This document shows positions 14,660 to 27,232 of a stretch of DNA of 64,000 nucleotides, piece by piece. The notes under the pieces were generated by a model. The model saw only the letters and a program-made list of their open reading frames with translations, had not been told where the DNA came from and searched no databases. This DNA is from Octopus vulgaris. Taxonomy: Eukaryota. A program made the position numbers and the translations under genes. Each line of letters starts with the position of its first letter. The first letter of the stretch is position 1. The stretch lies in contig OX597818.1 of NCBI GenBank assembly GCA_951406725.2, positions 101,060,001 to 101,124,000 of the forward strand, written 5' to 3'.

Positions 14660-15015
14660 GCTAAACTGGCAAAATGACTATTCCGAACACTATATACAAC
14701 TATAATCCGGATGTCACCTGGTGTTTGTGACAGAACAGAAGATCTCCTCAGCAGGATCAATGACTGCAACAACAGTTGTGACCTGACAGGATGTATGATG
14801 GGTAGCATGGATGTGGTATCCCTATACCCATTGATCGACGTAGATTTTGCGGTGGAGAAGTGCGTGGAGATGATCAACGAGAGCCAGGTGGAGTTCCGTA
14901 ATGTCAACACAGAGGAACTGGGCCTCCTACTTAGACTGACATGTAACAATGAATACCTTGATAAACATAATCTTAGTAGTTTCTGCCCCAGTAGATGTTT
15001 AAGAGGTAGACCACC
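14660..15015 (+). pseudogene. Fragment of a divergent PLE reverse transcriptase (motif A region)
   Basis: VCDRTEDLLSRI...MMGSMDVVSLYPLID...EELGLLLRL...GRPP resembles the PLE SxDVxSLYPxI motif. Flanked by (AT)n and a trinucleotide tract. Confidence 0.6.
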
Positions 15016-15330
15016 CACAATTATTATTGCCACCATTACCACTATCGTTATTACCACTACTACTATTATTACTATTACGACCACAAATATCCCTATTACC
15101 ATCATTACTACTTCTTCTGTTAACACCACCACTACTACTACTACCAGTATTATTGTTATTACCGTTATTCCAACCATTGCCATTATTGCTACCATTCTGA
15201 TTATCGCTAGTGATATTTTTATTGTTCCTGTTTCTGGTGTATGTGTTGTTCATATTAGTGTTGCGTTTTATGCCTGTCTGTTGGTCCCCGTTATTCCCTC
15301 TGTTGTAGTTGTTATTTTTGTTCCTATGAG
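15016..15330. repeat. Degenerate ATT/ACT/ACC/GTT trinucleotide low-complexity tract
   Basis: Seen directly; yields the T/I/V-rich and N/S-rich spurious ORFs. Confidence 0.8.
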
Positions 15331-15821
15331 TATTGTTATCTGTTTCAAGTCTACTGACCCCCTGTCCAAGGATTCTGTTGCATTCAACTTTATTTTCCAT
15401 CGTATATAGACTGATAGAGAAATTGATATTAATGTTTCGCATGGGTATGAAGATAGTGCTAAACAGTTGTTAGAACAGAATTAATTTACGCTTTACATTA
15501 AGGGAGTTTATAGCGAGCAATAAGTTAATGAATGCTAAAGAATATGAGTTAGCTCATTGCCTATATTAGCTTACAGCTGTTCCTGCTATAGGTACCATTG
15601 CACTCAGAAATGAGTGAATGTGCAAAATTTTACAACTTCCTTTAATGTCTTCGAGAAATCTATTAGCAGTTGCACAAGCACCAGCTTTGAGTGCAATGGC
15701 TCTTACGCAAGAAATAGCTGTAAGCTAATGAAGGTGATTATGTATCTCCTGTTGTCCCGTCATTCAACAGTTTATGTATGCATGTATGTATGTGTGCAGG
15801 AATGAATGCATGTACCTATGT

Positions 15822-15869
<48 letters not shown>

Positions 15870-16196
15870 AAATACATATATGTACTCACGCATGCATATA
15901 TATGCATGTATATAAGTACACATATATATATGCATATATATATATATATATGCATATATATATATATGTGTGTGTGTGTGTAAAGATGCCCGTTGATGCA
16001 CACGCACTTGCATACGGATACACTACACACACAGATGTAAGCATACACACATTTACTTCAGTTCGAAATTAATGAAATACATTTTGGCGCAATCTGAATG
16101 AAATCGAGTTAAGAAAGTGTAATTATGCTAGATGAGATATTAATTTTCTTTTGTGTAGTAGCTCCTGTTATATACATTTGCTTTTTTCAGCAACTG

Positions 16197-16243
<47 letters not shown>

Positions 16244-16295
16244 TAATAATGATAATAATAATAATGATAATAATAATGATGATAATACTTTATAC

Positions 16296-16484
16296 TATAG
16301 GTACAAGGACTGAAATTTCAGGAGGAGATATAGTGCCAGTACTTTAGCGGTACTTATTTTATCAACCCGATAATGATGAGATCAAAGTTGATCTCGGCTG
16401 AATTTGAATTCAGGATGTAGAGACTGATGAAATACCGCTAATGATTTCGCCCGGCCTCCTAACGATTCTGCCAGCTGGCCACCT
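16296..16484 (-). mobile_element. SINE family B, diverged copy
   Basis: Matches 58203-58330 and the head at 58690-58781 (GGTACTTATTTTATCAACCC...AATTTGAATTCAG...TCTGCCAGCTGGCCACCT). Confidence 0.7.
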
Positions 16485-16499
16485 TAAAAATACACATAG

Positions 16500-17900
16500 T
16501 AATGACCAACTATAAAGGAGTTAGAACCACAGGAGAGCTATGAATACATAGTGATATTTGAGGATGTCGTAATTAAATATTCAATGATAACGAAAATGAA
16601 CAGCAAAGAATGTTATCGCAGGGTAAAGGAAATACTCAATATGGAGCTGGGCGCAAGGAACCGGATCGAAGCTATCAATCATGTAGCCGTACCAGCCGTA
16701 ACTTACAGTTTCAATATTATTAACTGGTCAATTATTAAAGTCTGTAATCTTGACAGTAAAATATAAAAATAGTTGACAAAGAATAGAATGTACCCCTCTA
16801 ATCCAAACCTAGAACAAAAGTGGGTGGCCGTAGACTTTTATAAATTGAAATGACAATGAAGATTGCCACAATTAGCCTAAACACTTACCTGGAAAACCCT
16901 GATGACTGGATGCTAACTCTCGTCTTATATCTTGAAAACAAGAAAAGCGAATACTTAGTAACAAAGAGTCATAGAAATAGACCAAAGAAGCAAAGTGGAA
17001 GCCAAATACAACAAATCCCAGCATAAGATTACTGGAAACAAGCAGAGACACAGCTAAGCCTGTAAAATCCCTTCCTAAATCTGTGCTTTATATATTATTA
17101 CAGATAAATTGAAAGAAAAATCTCTCAATGGCAAATAACCAAAGAGAGCGTATAATACAAATGTTGACAAAGCTCTTAACAATCAATGGAAAATATAGAT
17201 GAAAATAGCCCAGATATTATTGACAAATGACAAATTTAATAACAACGTACGTAACTATATAATCTAAGGGACATACATATGGATCATGTATGAAAAGAAA
17301 GTATCGTGGTGAAATCATCATCAACGTAGACTTTTGTATATAGCGTGAAAGATCACTTTGAGTTATTTAGTATAAAGTGCCGAAGATTTGTTGTGATAAG
17401 CAACAGTAGGTATAAGTATAAATGCAGATGAAATATTTAGTATGGAGGAGTTTCAACAGTGCACAAGAGTAGACAAAAGAGGCTCTTTCGGAAATGAAAA
17501 TACGTGACAAGCTTGAAAGTAATGCGCTGGATATCAAGAAAAAAATCATGAATTTGACTGAGTGAAAGCGATTTGAAGCAAAGAACTGAAAGCCTTATAA
17601 TTGCAAGAACCAGCTCTTGTTGCCTTTTCTGCGATGTATAAAAATCTATAAAACCTCTGAGACCCAGAAAAGCAAACTCTGTGAAAATAATGTTGAAAAT
17701 GTTAAACACATGTTAAGTGTTTTATGAGATGATTACGCCCAAAAGAATACAAATGCTGCTGTGGAGATAGTAAAACTGTTTTGAATAAGGTTGTGATCGA
17801 TGCATTAGGGACAATCAAAAAGTCAAGACTTCGTAAAACGGTTAGGAAAAACATGCACGGTTGGTATTGTACAAACAACGCACACTTTAAGGAAAATATT
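16500..17900 (+). pseudogene. Highly degraded R4/Dong-like non-LTR retrotransposon (thumb to C-terminus)
   Basis: KECYRRVKEILNMELGARNRIEAINHVAVPAVTYSFNIINW...LDSKI, a GGRRL-like motif near 16823, and a decayed C-terminus near 17790-17900. Confidence 0.65.
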
Positions 17901-17902
17901 AT

Positions 17903-18278
17903 CTGTCTGTGTATCTTTTTGCAACGTCAGAGATGACTCCGTTGTGTTTTCCACCTACCATGCGTAACAAAATTACATATTGAAAATAATGGTGGACTCT
18001 CGCGCCGAAGACGACGCATGAGCGTTTAGCTATTGCCCTAACAACCTGCGTATATGACTTTTATGTAGTGATTAAACATTCGTCCCTCACATTATGTCAA
18101 TCGGTGTAGTAAATCGCAGTTGTCTGAACAGGGCCACTCTGTACCACACGTTAGTTGTCGAAGTCATACAGAGCAACGTGAGATGAAGTGTTGTGCTCAA
18201 GAACGCAATGCACCACCTGGACTAGGACTTAGAAACATGATCACTAAGTGCAACACGCTAACCACAAAGATCTGCCCT
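17903..18278 (+). repeat. Local direct duplication, copy 1 (includes a minus-strand SINE-head fragment at ~18150-18278)
   Basis: Near-identical to 21391-21779 from TCTGTGTATCTTTTTGC to CCACAAAGATCTGCCCT. Confidence 0.9.
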
Positions 18279-18283
18279 CTCAC

Positions 18284-18369
<86 letters not shown>

Positions 18370-18370
<1 letters not shown>

Positions 18371-18912
18371 TAACGATTCTGTGGGACTCTCCAGTACATA
18401 CAGACCGAACAATCAAAGCCAATAAACCGGATATTGTTGTGAAAGACCAAAACAATAAAGTTTGCTTATTGATCGATATGAGCATCCCCTGTGATCATAA
18501 TATCTCGGCGAAAGAATTTGACAAGCCCAGAAAATATAAAGACTTGCTCATTGAAATTGAGAAAATGTGGCATCTCAAGGCGGTTACAATACCAGTGATC
18601 GTAGGAGCACTTGGAATGATCAAGAAGCGAACCGAAAATTATTTGAGAAGGATCCCTGGCTTACCATTCCTGGAAGATGTGCAAAAGATTGTCTCAACTG
18701 GTACACCACACGTATTGAGAAGAGCATTGTTGATGTGAGAACTATTACTACCCATGTATATTAATTTAACTTTATTTCTATTAAAAAAAAAGAACGAACT
18801 AGTGAGTTTCGTTTAATGGCTTACCAATGTATACAATGAATTTCTTTGCCCTAGGAGTCGAGAAGACACTCGGCAAGAAATGCAAGCAAATTTGAAAGAA
18901 GAAGAAAAACCC
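18370..18912 (+). mobile_element. 5'-truncated R4/Dong-like retrotransposon (restriction-like endonuclease domain plus 3' UTR) inserted in (TAA)n
   Basis: ILWDSPVHTDRTIKANKPDIVVKD...LLIDMSIPCD...KYKDL...IPVIVGALG...LRRAL is a PD-(D/E)xK REL domain; (TAA)n lies on both sides (18284-18369 and 18913-19143). Confidence 0.85.
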
Positions 18913-18933
18913 ATAATAATAATAATAATGATG

Positions 18934-18997
<64 letters not shown>

Positions 18998-19073
18998 TGA
19001 TAATAATGATAATAGTAATGGGAATGATAATAAAAATAATAATGATACTAATAACAATATTAATAATAATAAC

Positions 19074-19147
<74 letters not shown>

Positions 19148-21390
19148 CAACAACAGCACAGAAAATATTTGAGAAAATGACGAAACAACGATACTCTAGG
19201 AGAAGCCAATACAATCAGGTAGAGGATCAAAGGTTAATAGACTAGTTGTCAGAGATCCTTAACAAAGTTATGCACTCTAATCGACGTATCAATTCCAACA
19301 AACGACAATGTATGTCTAAAAGAAATGAAACAAACGGGGAAGTTAAGAACTGTAACAATCGCTCTACTAATAAGGTGCATTAGGTATGAATAAAAAAGAA
19401 TGCGTAATAGAAGAATAACTAACCAAAACACCCGGTCCTTACGAATACATATAGCATATAAGAAAAAAATCACCACCGTAGGCATGTTACCTAAATCAAT
19501 TTCAATACTGGGGAAATAGCAATAGTAAAATGAACTGCGGCATCGATATGATTCAAAAACGAAAATAAGTGATGCGCCGTCACATATAATGCTTCTGAAA
19601 CAAAGCTATTTTTAAAAAAAATAACTAAAAATACGTGGAGGATACGATGGGAAATGTGTGAAAAGGGAAATATATGACAATTGTTCTGCCCTAATGTGAA
19701 GCATAAGATGTATAGAACAAAGCGTAATTTAGAAGTCGATACAAATTTCAAGATGCACGTATGTTACTGCTCACAATAGCATATTAATTAAAGGAATGTT
19801 TTAGAGCAGAATGACAGTCAACTATATGGAATGAAAAATACAAACACATTTTTATGATATTGTATTCCCTGATACATATCAGCGAAACATCGAAACATTC
19901 ATACACCACCATACACCTGTGAACACTGAAACACTCACACTTTCTATCTCAGATTCCCCCACCGACACGCTCACATATACACATACATATAAAACATGGA
20001 TAGTATTCAATGATGTTCAGGCTATCTCCACCACAAAGGTATAGTTATAATTAAGCCTAGAGAGTGTTGTGGTGATAGTTATAACAGAACAATCAACGGC
20101 ATAGATACACCAATAGACATCTTACATCATGAAAGGGGTTGCATGTTTTCTCTTATTAGATGAAAGGAATTTCCAAGTGCACTCATTCTATTGTATTACT
20201 TCCACTTGTTATGCTTTGAGGGTTGATTGCAAAGCATAATAAGTGCGATGCCGACGCAAGCACTCTTGCTCTTTATACCACAAATTTTGCCAATATCCCC
20301 AATATTCTATGGATATCCTTGCCGTGTATTTGATAGAAAATTGTAATTGGTGTATGATAATGTAATCAGACATCCAGATAAAATGTACCGTGTTATGAAT
20401 TACGTTGCCGAAGGTTATATCGTTGCTGCATTCAAAGATATTTTCCCACTTTCAGAAAAGTCGTTTCTTCATAATAGATGCACAAGCGAATATTTTGGAG
20501 GCAACATAAATATTTAATACACGTTATTAATACATAAATATTGATGTATGTATATCTATGTATTTATGTACTCATACATCTTATTCCCCCCTCTCTGTTT
20601 TTATATATTCTTTTCACATATTGGCCTCTCTCGCTGTATATTATATATATATGTGTGTTTGTTCGTGTGTCTGTGTGAGCGTGGGTATGTGTATATATAT
20701 ATATTTATATAGACGGGTGTGTATGTATATATGTATATATTATCATATATATGTATGCAGGTATGTATATGTGGGTGTGTGCGTGTGTGTATTCAAGTGT
20801 TTAAAGCATTTCAAGTGTGTGTAAAATCGGCGAAAATGAAATATACAAAAAGTACATAATGTGCAAAAATCCCAAGTTAGCGTCGACATTTTCGGAAATT
20901 TCCCAGGTGAACAGATATACGTATATTTTACTCTCTATTCCAATGTATTGTCTGATCACTTATTAACTGTCGTTTAAATATTCTTCTAGAATACACTTTG
21001 TAGTACACAAGAGGTTTAAACTCGTGCAGGTAAAGACGTAAATGCAAGGATAAGCAAGGTAGGCTGTCAACCTCTACCACATCCCTATTCACATTCCTAT
21101 TTGCAATTTCCTACCCCTCTGCATACAATGGCACTGCTACTCCGATACTAACCCAATTCCTTTGCTCCACTAACAGTTACTATATAGACTACCATCTCAC
21201 CCACTGTCTATACCCGTCTAACTTCTCTCATACCTTTCTACATGACTTAGTAATCGCCCTCAGACACTGAACCAGCCAACGTATTTCCCTCAAATAATGC
21301 CCATTCCTTTTTTCACTATCTCAGCCATTAAGCATATAGATTTAATACCAACTAGCACGAAGACTACCTTCCACATATTAACTAGACCAT

Positions 21391-21779
21391 CGTCTGTGTA
21401 TCTTTTTGCGGAGTATTTAGTCAGATATGACTAAATACTCCGTTGTGTTTTCCACCTACCATACGTAACAACATTACATATTGAAAATAATGGTGGACTC
21501 TCGCGCCGAAGACGACGCATGATCGTTTAGCTATTGCCCTAACAACCTGCGTATATGACTTTTATATAGTGATAAAACATTCGTTCCTCACATTATGTCA
21601 ATCGGTCTAGCAAATCGCAGTTGTCTGAACAGGGCCACTCTGTACCACACGTTAGTTGTCGGAGTAATACAGAGCAACGTGAGATGATGTGTTGTGCTCA
21701 AGAACGCAATGCACCACCTGGACTAGGACTTGGAAACATGATCACTAAGTGCAACACTCTAACCACAAAGATCTGCCCT
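21391..21779 (+). repeat. Local direct duplication, copy 2
   Basis: See 17903-18278; this copy carries a 15-bp-arm hairpin at 21409-21442. Confidence 0.9.
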
Positions 21780-22004
21780 ATATTTCCCTTGTAGCTGACG
21801 GTGAAATCAATCTGCAAAAATTATTTTAGAGCATCAATCTCCCAGAAGCAGCTGTTGGATTTATAATAATTTTCTTTAACCTATTTCATACTTGATATCA
21901 TTTCTATATTGCATAAGTTGGACATAAATAAACATACAGACACTTTCTGTATTTGATGCATTTAATATATTTTGTATTTTGAGGTGTCTTTCTCAACATT
22001 ACAA

Positions 22005-22088
<84 letters not shown>

Positions 22089-23350
22089 GCATACATACAC
22101 ACATACATACAGAAACACACACTCTCACACACATATCTACATACCTTAAGTACGACACGTCAAACACTTTTCTATTCTTCCCGGGTGTCAGATTGATGCA
22201 CCTGCTTGGTTTTGTGCCTTGCTTGCGTACATTTGAATCATATATATGTACATGTATTTCTTAAGTTATCCGTCCCTATGTTCTAAAGCGTTTACTTAGT
22301 TCATCATTAATACCACGGACCGGCTGATGTACTAAAATTAATCAAAACCCTCAGTGTCAACACTGTAACACTCTCACCTTTTTTAATTGATCTCTCTCCC
22401 TCAAAACATAACGAGCTTACCTTTCCTTTATTGTCTAACTCCGACAATGGCACAATATAGTGACCAAACGGTAAGGCAAAGTATTTATGACCGACTAAAC
22501 TCTGGTGAGAACATGTCAATTCATCTGCCTCATCTGTATTATCACAAACCTTAAAATTGATAGAGTTGTTATTTTTTTTCATTCCTACCCACCTCACCTC
22601 TGACTGTTTCTCCCCTCTAATTTTTGAAATCCTTGACCTGCACACTGCCATTTCCTGCACTCTAACATTTCGTACTTCTTCAGTCATAGACCATCAAGAT
22701 CCAACTACACACATAACCCTTCCCTTCTTCACTTATCATATTACGAATATCTTAAAAAGGAGCCAGATACATCCCTATCCTCAATTCCTTGTTATACATA
22801 TCCGTACTTCGACAACTCTACTATGCGACACATATTATCTCCCTCTCGCGCTTTTGCCCTCTCTTGATATACATGGATATAAATATATATATATATATAC
22901 ACATTCAAACATACATACATACATATACAAATGCTTGCATACGTGCGTAAAATTCTACAATAAAAAATATAAATCTCGCTAAACACAGATAAACAGGTGA
23001 CTTGCACCTTTTTTATGGGATGGCTGGAAATAATTTATTTCACCATTCTTCAAATTGCGAGCAGGATCGTTGGTCAATTGTCTTTTGAACAGGTAACGCT
23101 TAACCAAAAAAAACAAAAAATGTGAAGAAGACAAGAACAAAACAAGTGAGATAGTAGCCGTTTAAATGAAATTCGATGTCATGTTCTCAGCATGAAAAAT
23201 AAATTATTTCCTCCCGGAAACTGGGTTGCTGTATTTAACAAGATTTGCTGTTGTTTTATTATAACATTCTCTTTACCCTTTCAGCTGATCTTGTACATCC
23301 TATATGCTGAAGCATTACCATATTATCACATTACACACATATACACACAT

Positions 23351-23381
<31 letters not shown>

Positions 23382-23389
23382 AATAATTA

Positions 23390-23463
<74 letters not shown>

Positions 23464-23541
23464 TAAGGGTAGAAATTGATATTTATCAATTAAGACCAGT
23501 GGTCTAGCATATTAAAAAAAGAATCCGAAGATTAAAATATT

Positions 23542-23706
23542 TATATATACCAATTAAGGACTGAACACGAAAAGTGGACAGTCAACATGCTAGATATAGA
23601 CGTCAAATCGTCATTCACCACAAAAGATTATCTTTTGTGGTGAATGACGATTTGACGTCTATATCTAGCATGTTGACTGTCCACTTTTCGTGTTCAGTCC
23701 TTAATT

Positions 23707-23716
<10 letters not shown>
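23542..23716. repeat. Perfect palindrome with 87-bp arms and a 1-nt spacer (23629), plus an unpaired extension 23457-23541, inside (AT)n
   Basis: CCAATTAAGGACTGAACACG...CACAAAAGAT-T-ATCTTTTGTG...CGTGTTCAGTCCTTAATTGG. Confidence 0.95.
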
Positions 23717-23740
<24 letters not shown>

Positions 23741-24749
23741 TACATATATACATATACATATATATATATAAATATGTACATACATATATACATATACATA
23801 AATAAGGATAAGATCGTTAATTTAAATAAAATGATGATCTTATCAAGTGACCAGCATGGAAATAAAAACCTTCAAAGGTAATCATTATTATTAAAATGAT
23901 TAAACTTATTAAACTTATTAAAATTATAGTTTAGGGTATCCACAAGATACCACCATGCTGAAAATAGCAGCCAAAATTTAACTCTAAAACCACATTTTGG
24001 CTGCTTTTTTCATCATAGCGGTATCTCGTAGATACTCTAAATTTGAATAATATATATACATATATATATTCTCTCGCACACAGAAACACACAAACACACA
24101 CAGAAGCACGCCCATATATGCATATATACATCTATATAGATAGAAAGGATTACAGAAATACTTACAAGCAAAATTGGTTCATTCACTCAAGCGTACACAA
24201 TCACAATTTTGTACAAAGACGGGAACAAATCAAAGCCACTGAACGTACACCAAAAACAATCTTCATAATGTTTGTTACGTACAAATGGAAACTCGTATTA
24301 CATCCAAAAGTTAACACATAAAACATACATCCTTACTGTACCATGTAAGCGCAAATTATCTAATGAATCCGTATCTAATGTTACACGATTTGATGGCACC
24401 TACGAAAGAGCATAAATAATAAAATCACATCTGCATCGACATAAAAAAATGAAACATTAGTGAACCTAATACAAAACAAACCTGATGTGTGTAAGAGACC
24501 ATACATGCACAGACACATATATGTGTTTGTAATTCTTACCTACTACTCAAGTTGTATAATTATTACCAATGTCCGCCAGAGACCTCACGTTAAACGTCAC
24601 CAATATTCTGCTCGGGTATTTAAGTACAACCTACACGCTACAAATCATACAGACACACACACACACATATTCAAAATACTACACTAGTCAGTACACAGTT
24701 CAATAGATAGAGAAATGGGGATATAAGGATACACAGCTATATTTATTGA

Positions 24750-25125
24750 ATGAGTGGATGTGTGGTAAGTAGTTTGTTTACGAACCACGTGGTTCCAGGT
24801 TCACTCCTACTGCGTGGCATCTTGGCCAAGAGTCTTCTACTATCGCCTCGAGCCGACCAAAGCCTTGTGAGTGGATTGTGTAGACGGAAACTGAAATAAG
24901 CCCGTCGTATATATGTATATATATATGTGTGTGTGTGTGCATGTGTGTGTGTGTGCGTGTGTGTGCGTGTATGTGTGTGTGTGTTTGTGTCTCTGTGTTT
25001 ATCCCCCTCAACATCGCTTGACAACCGGTGCTGGTGTGTTTACATCCAGATACCGATAAAATAAATACTAGGCATACAAAGAATAAGTCCTTGGGTCGAT
25101 TTGTTCGACTAAACTCGGTGCTCCG
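24750..25125 (+). mobile_element. SINE family A
   Basis: GAGTGGATGTGTGGTAAGTAG...GGTTCACTCC...GCCGACCAAAGCCTTGTGAGTGG...(TG)n aligns with the 54152 copy. Confidence 0.85.
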
Positions 25126-25282
25126 AATTATGTATAATGAATATCTCATCTTTATACATCATAATCTTTCAAGTTCACCGCGCAAGCGCAGCTTCAGAGA
25201 ATACGTTGTCTATTGACTGATTATACATGCTAGGGCACTGGTAGTGTAATTTCTAAAAAAAACTTGCTAACCTATATTTTAC

Positions 25283-25324
<42 letters not shown>

Positions 25325-25326
<2 letters not shown>

Positions 25327-25510
25327 GTTTGTGTGTCTGTATTTGTCCCCCAACATCACTTGACAACCGATACTGTTGTGTTTACGCCCCCGTAACTTAG
25401 AGGTTCGGCAATAGAGACCTATATAATAAGTATGAGGCATACAAAGAATGAATTCTGGGGTTGATGGTCCAGCATGTCCGCAGTCAAATGTCTGAAGCAA
25501 AAGAATAAAA
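25325..25510 (+). mobile_element. SINE family A, 3' half
   Basis: TTGACAACCGATACTG...CGTAACTTAG...CCAGCATGTCCGCAGTCAAATG. Confidence 0.75.
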
Positions 25511-27190
25511 CAATATTTTTATGTATATACATATATATATATATATTTATATATATATATATCCCTATGTAATTATATATACTTAGTATCACCTATGAAA
25601 ATGTTCTTCCCATGCTTGAATCACTTGATGTGCAGACATACTCTGCTCTACTTCACACAGTAACTACTGTGATGTACATGCCATTCTTTACTTCTGAGTA
25701 GATAAGCGCAATGAAAAGCGGACTGTGCGGTTTATAATCTGAATCTTCAATTCAAATTCACAGGCTTCAGAATAGATTATTAGTAACTTCAATCTAAAAT
25801 CAGACTTCACAAGAAGAAAGTTGCCAGTGTTTTAATACAACAATATACACATGTATATTCACGTACTAACTTAAAATTCATATGAACATAAAAGAAAGTA
25901 AAATCGAATCGAAAATAAAAAGATAAAAAATACCAATAAATCAACAAAACAAATGCTCATCTTCCGTTACACGAATCATCTTAACTGTGCACTGATGTTG
26001 AAATATGTTCGATTTCCGATCATATAACAGGATGGATTTTCTTCTCTATTGATCGTCAAGCTGTCAAACATGCTAGCTGCATCTCTTTTCCAATTCACTG
26101 CCTCTCTCAATGTAGCTTTCAATGACACTATTGTTAACAACATACTGTATTACAGTACTATGACAGTGAAATGGAGACGGCATATATTTCGGGTATATTG
26201 TTTCTCTCTATACTGAAAATAACCCCCGAAATCATCCTCTTTCTCATTGCCATCATTACGTTTCATCTATTGTACTACATTTTTTTTAAAAAGATAATAA
26301 TTATCCTTTAACTCCTTCGACTACTTATTTCCATCCAACATAATTCTATCATCGTTATTCTTTCTGGATTCACACTTACATTCACTCCTTCTCCTCACAC
26401 TCATTCAGTCCTCCGTTTTCTTCTTCCTTACCATCAGAACTCAACTACATTATAATCATCAACATTTTCCTTGACTTGATATCGACATGTCAACATGTCG
26501 TCATCGCTATGCTGATTATCATAATCATCAAAACCATCACCTGCCTCCTCATCATCTCGATACTCTCAGCCTCTTGATCGTGCGTAACGTAATAGCTGTA
26601 TACATCAAGATGACCGCACACAAATATAATTATCTGCATGCCAAATTCAATACGTATCACATACCGTTATCTATCTACACACTCCGTGTGCTACAATCTC
26701 CTCTACTTAATGCAGAGGAGTAAATACATTCAAATTCATATAATAGATCTATCAACATATTTTATATGATTGAAGAGTAAAAATAATTTCCTCTATATTG
26801 GAGACCAATACTGAACAACGCAATGTCCAATGAGATTACGTAACATTTTTCGTGCACAATGAAACGAATGGGTAGAAGCTAATTTAGCAAACGATTGTTG
26901 GCAAACATACTTATGGATAAGCAAAAGTGTGTCTGTATAGGCGGTCAACCGACTTGCTTCACTTAACAGCAAATTTCCATTAAATGAATACAGCCTAATT
27001 AACGATAGTAAATACAATTTGCAAAATGTTCTCGATAGATAATGAGAAACAGACAAAACGCGTTTGAGAAATAAGGGTTAAAACACAACAAACGGAAGTT
27101 AACACTTGATAAATATAACCCTGAAGATTCTCTACAAACGAATGACTAAATGGTAGCCAATAATGGGTAACCGTGTCTATGTTTGTATGC

Positions 27191-27232
<42 letters not shown>

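Noticed and set aside
18197-19245. Poly-Y, poly-L and poly-I ORFs
   Set aside because: (TAA)n microsatellite translations.
21060-22860. C/T-rich stretches (21060-21380, 22560-22860) faintly resembling PLE thumb regions
   Set aside because: Too degraded to call without a profile search.
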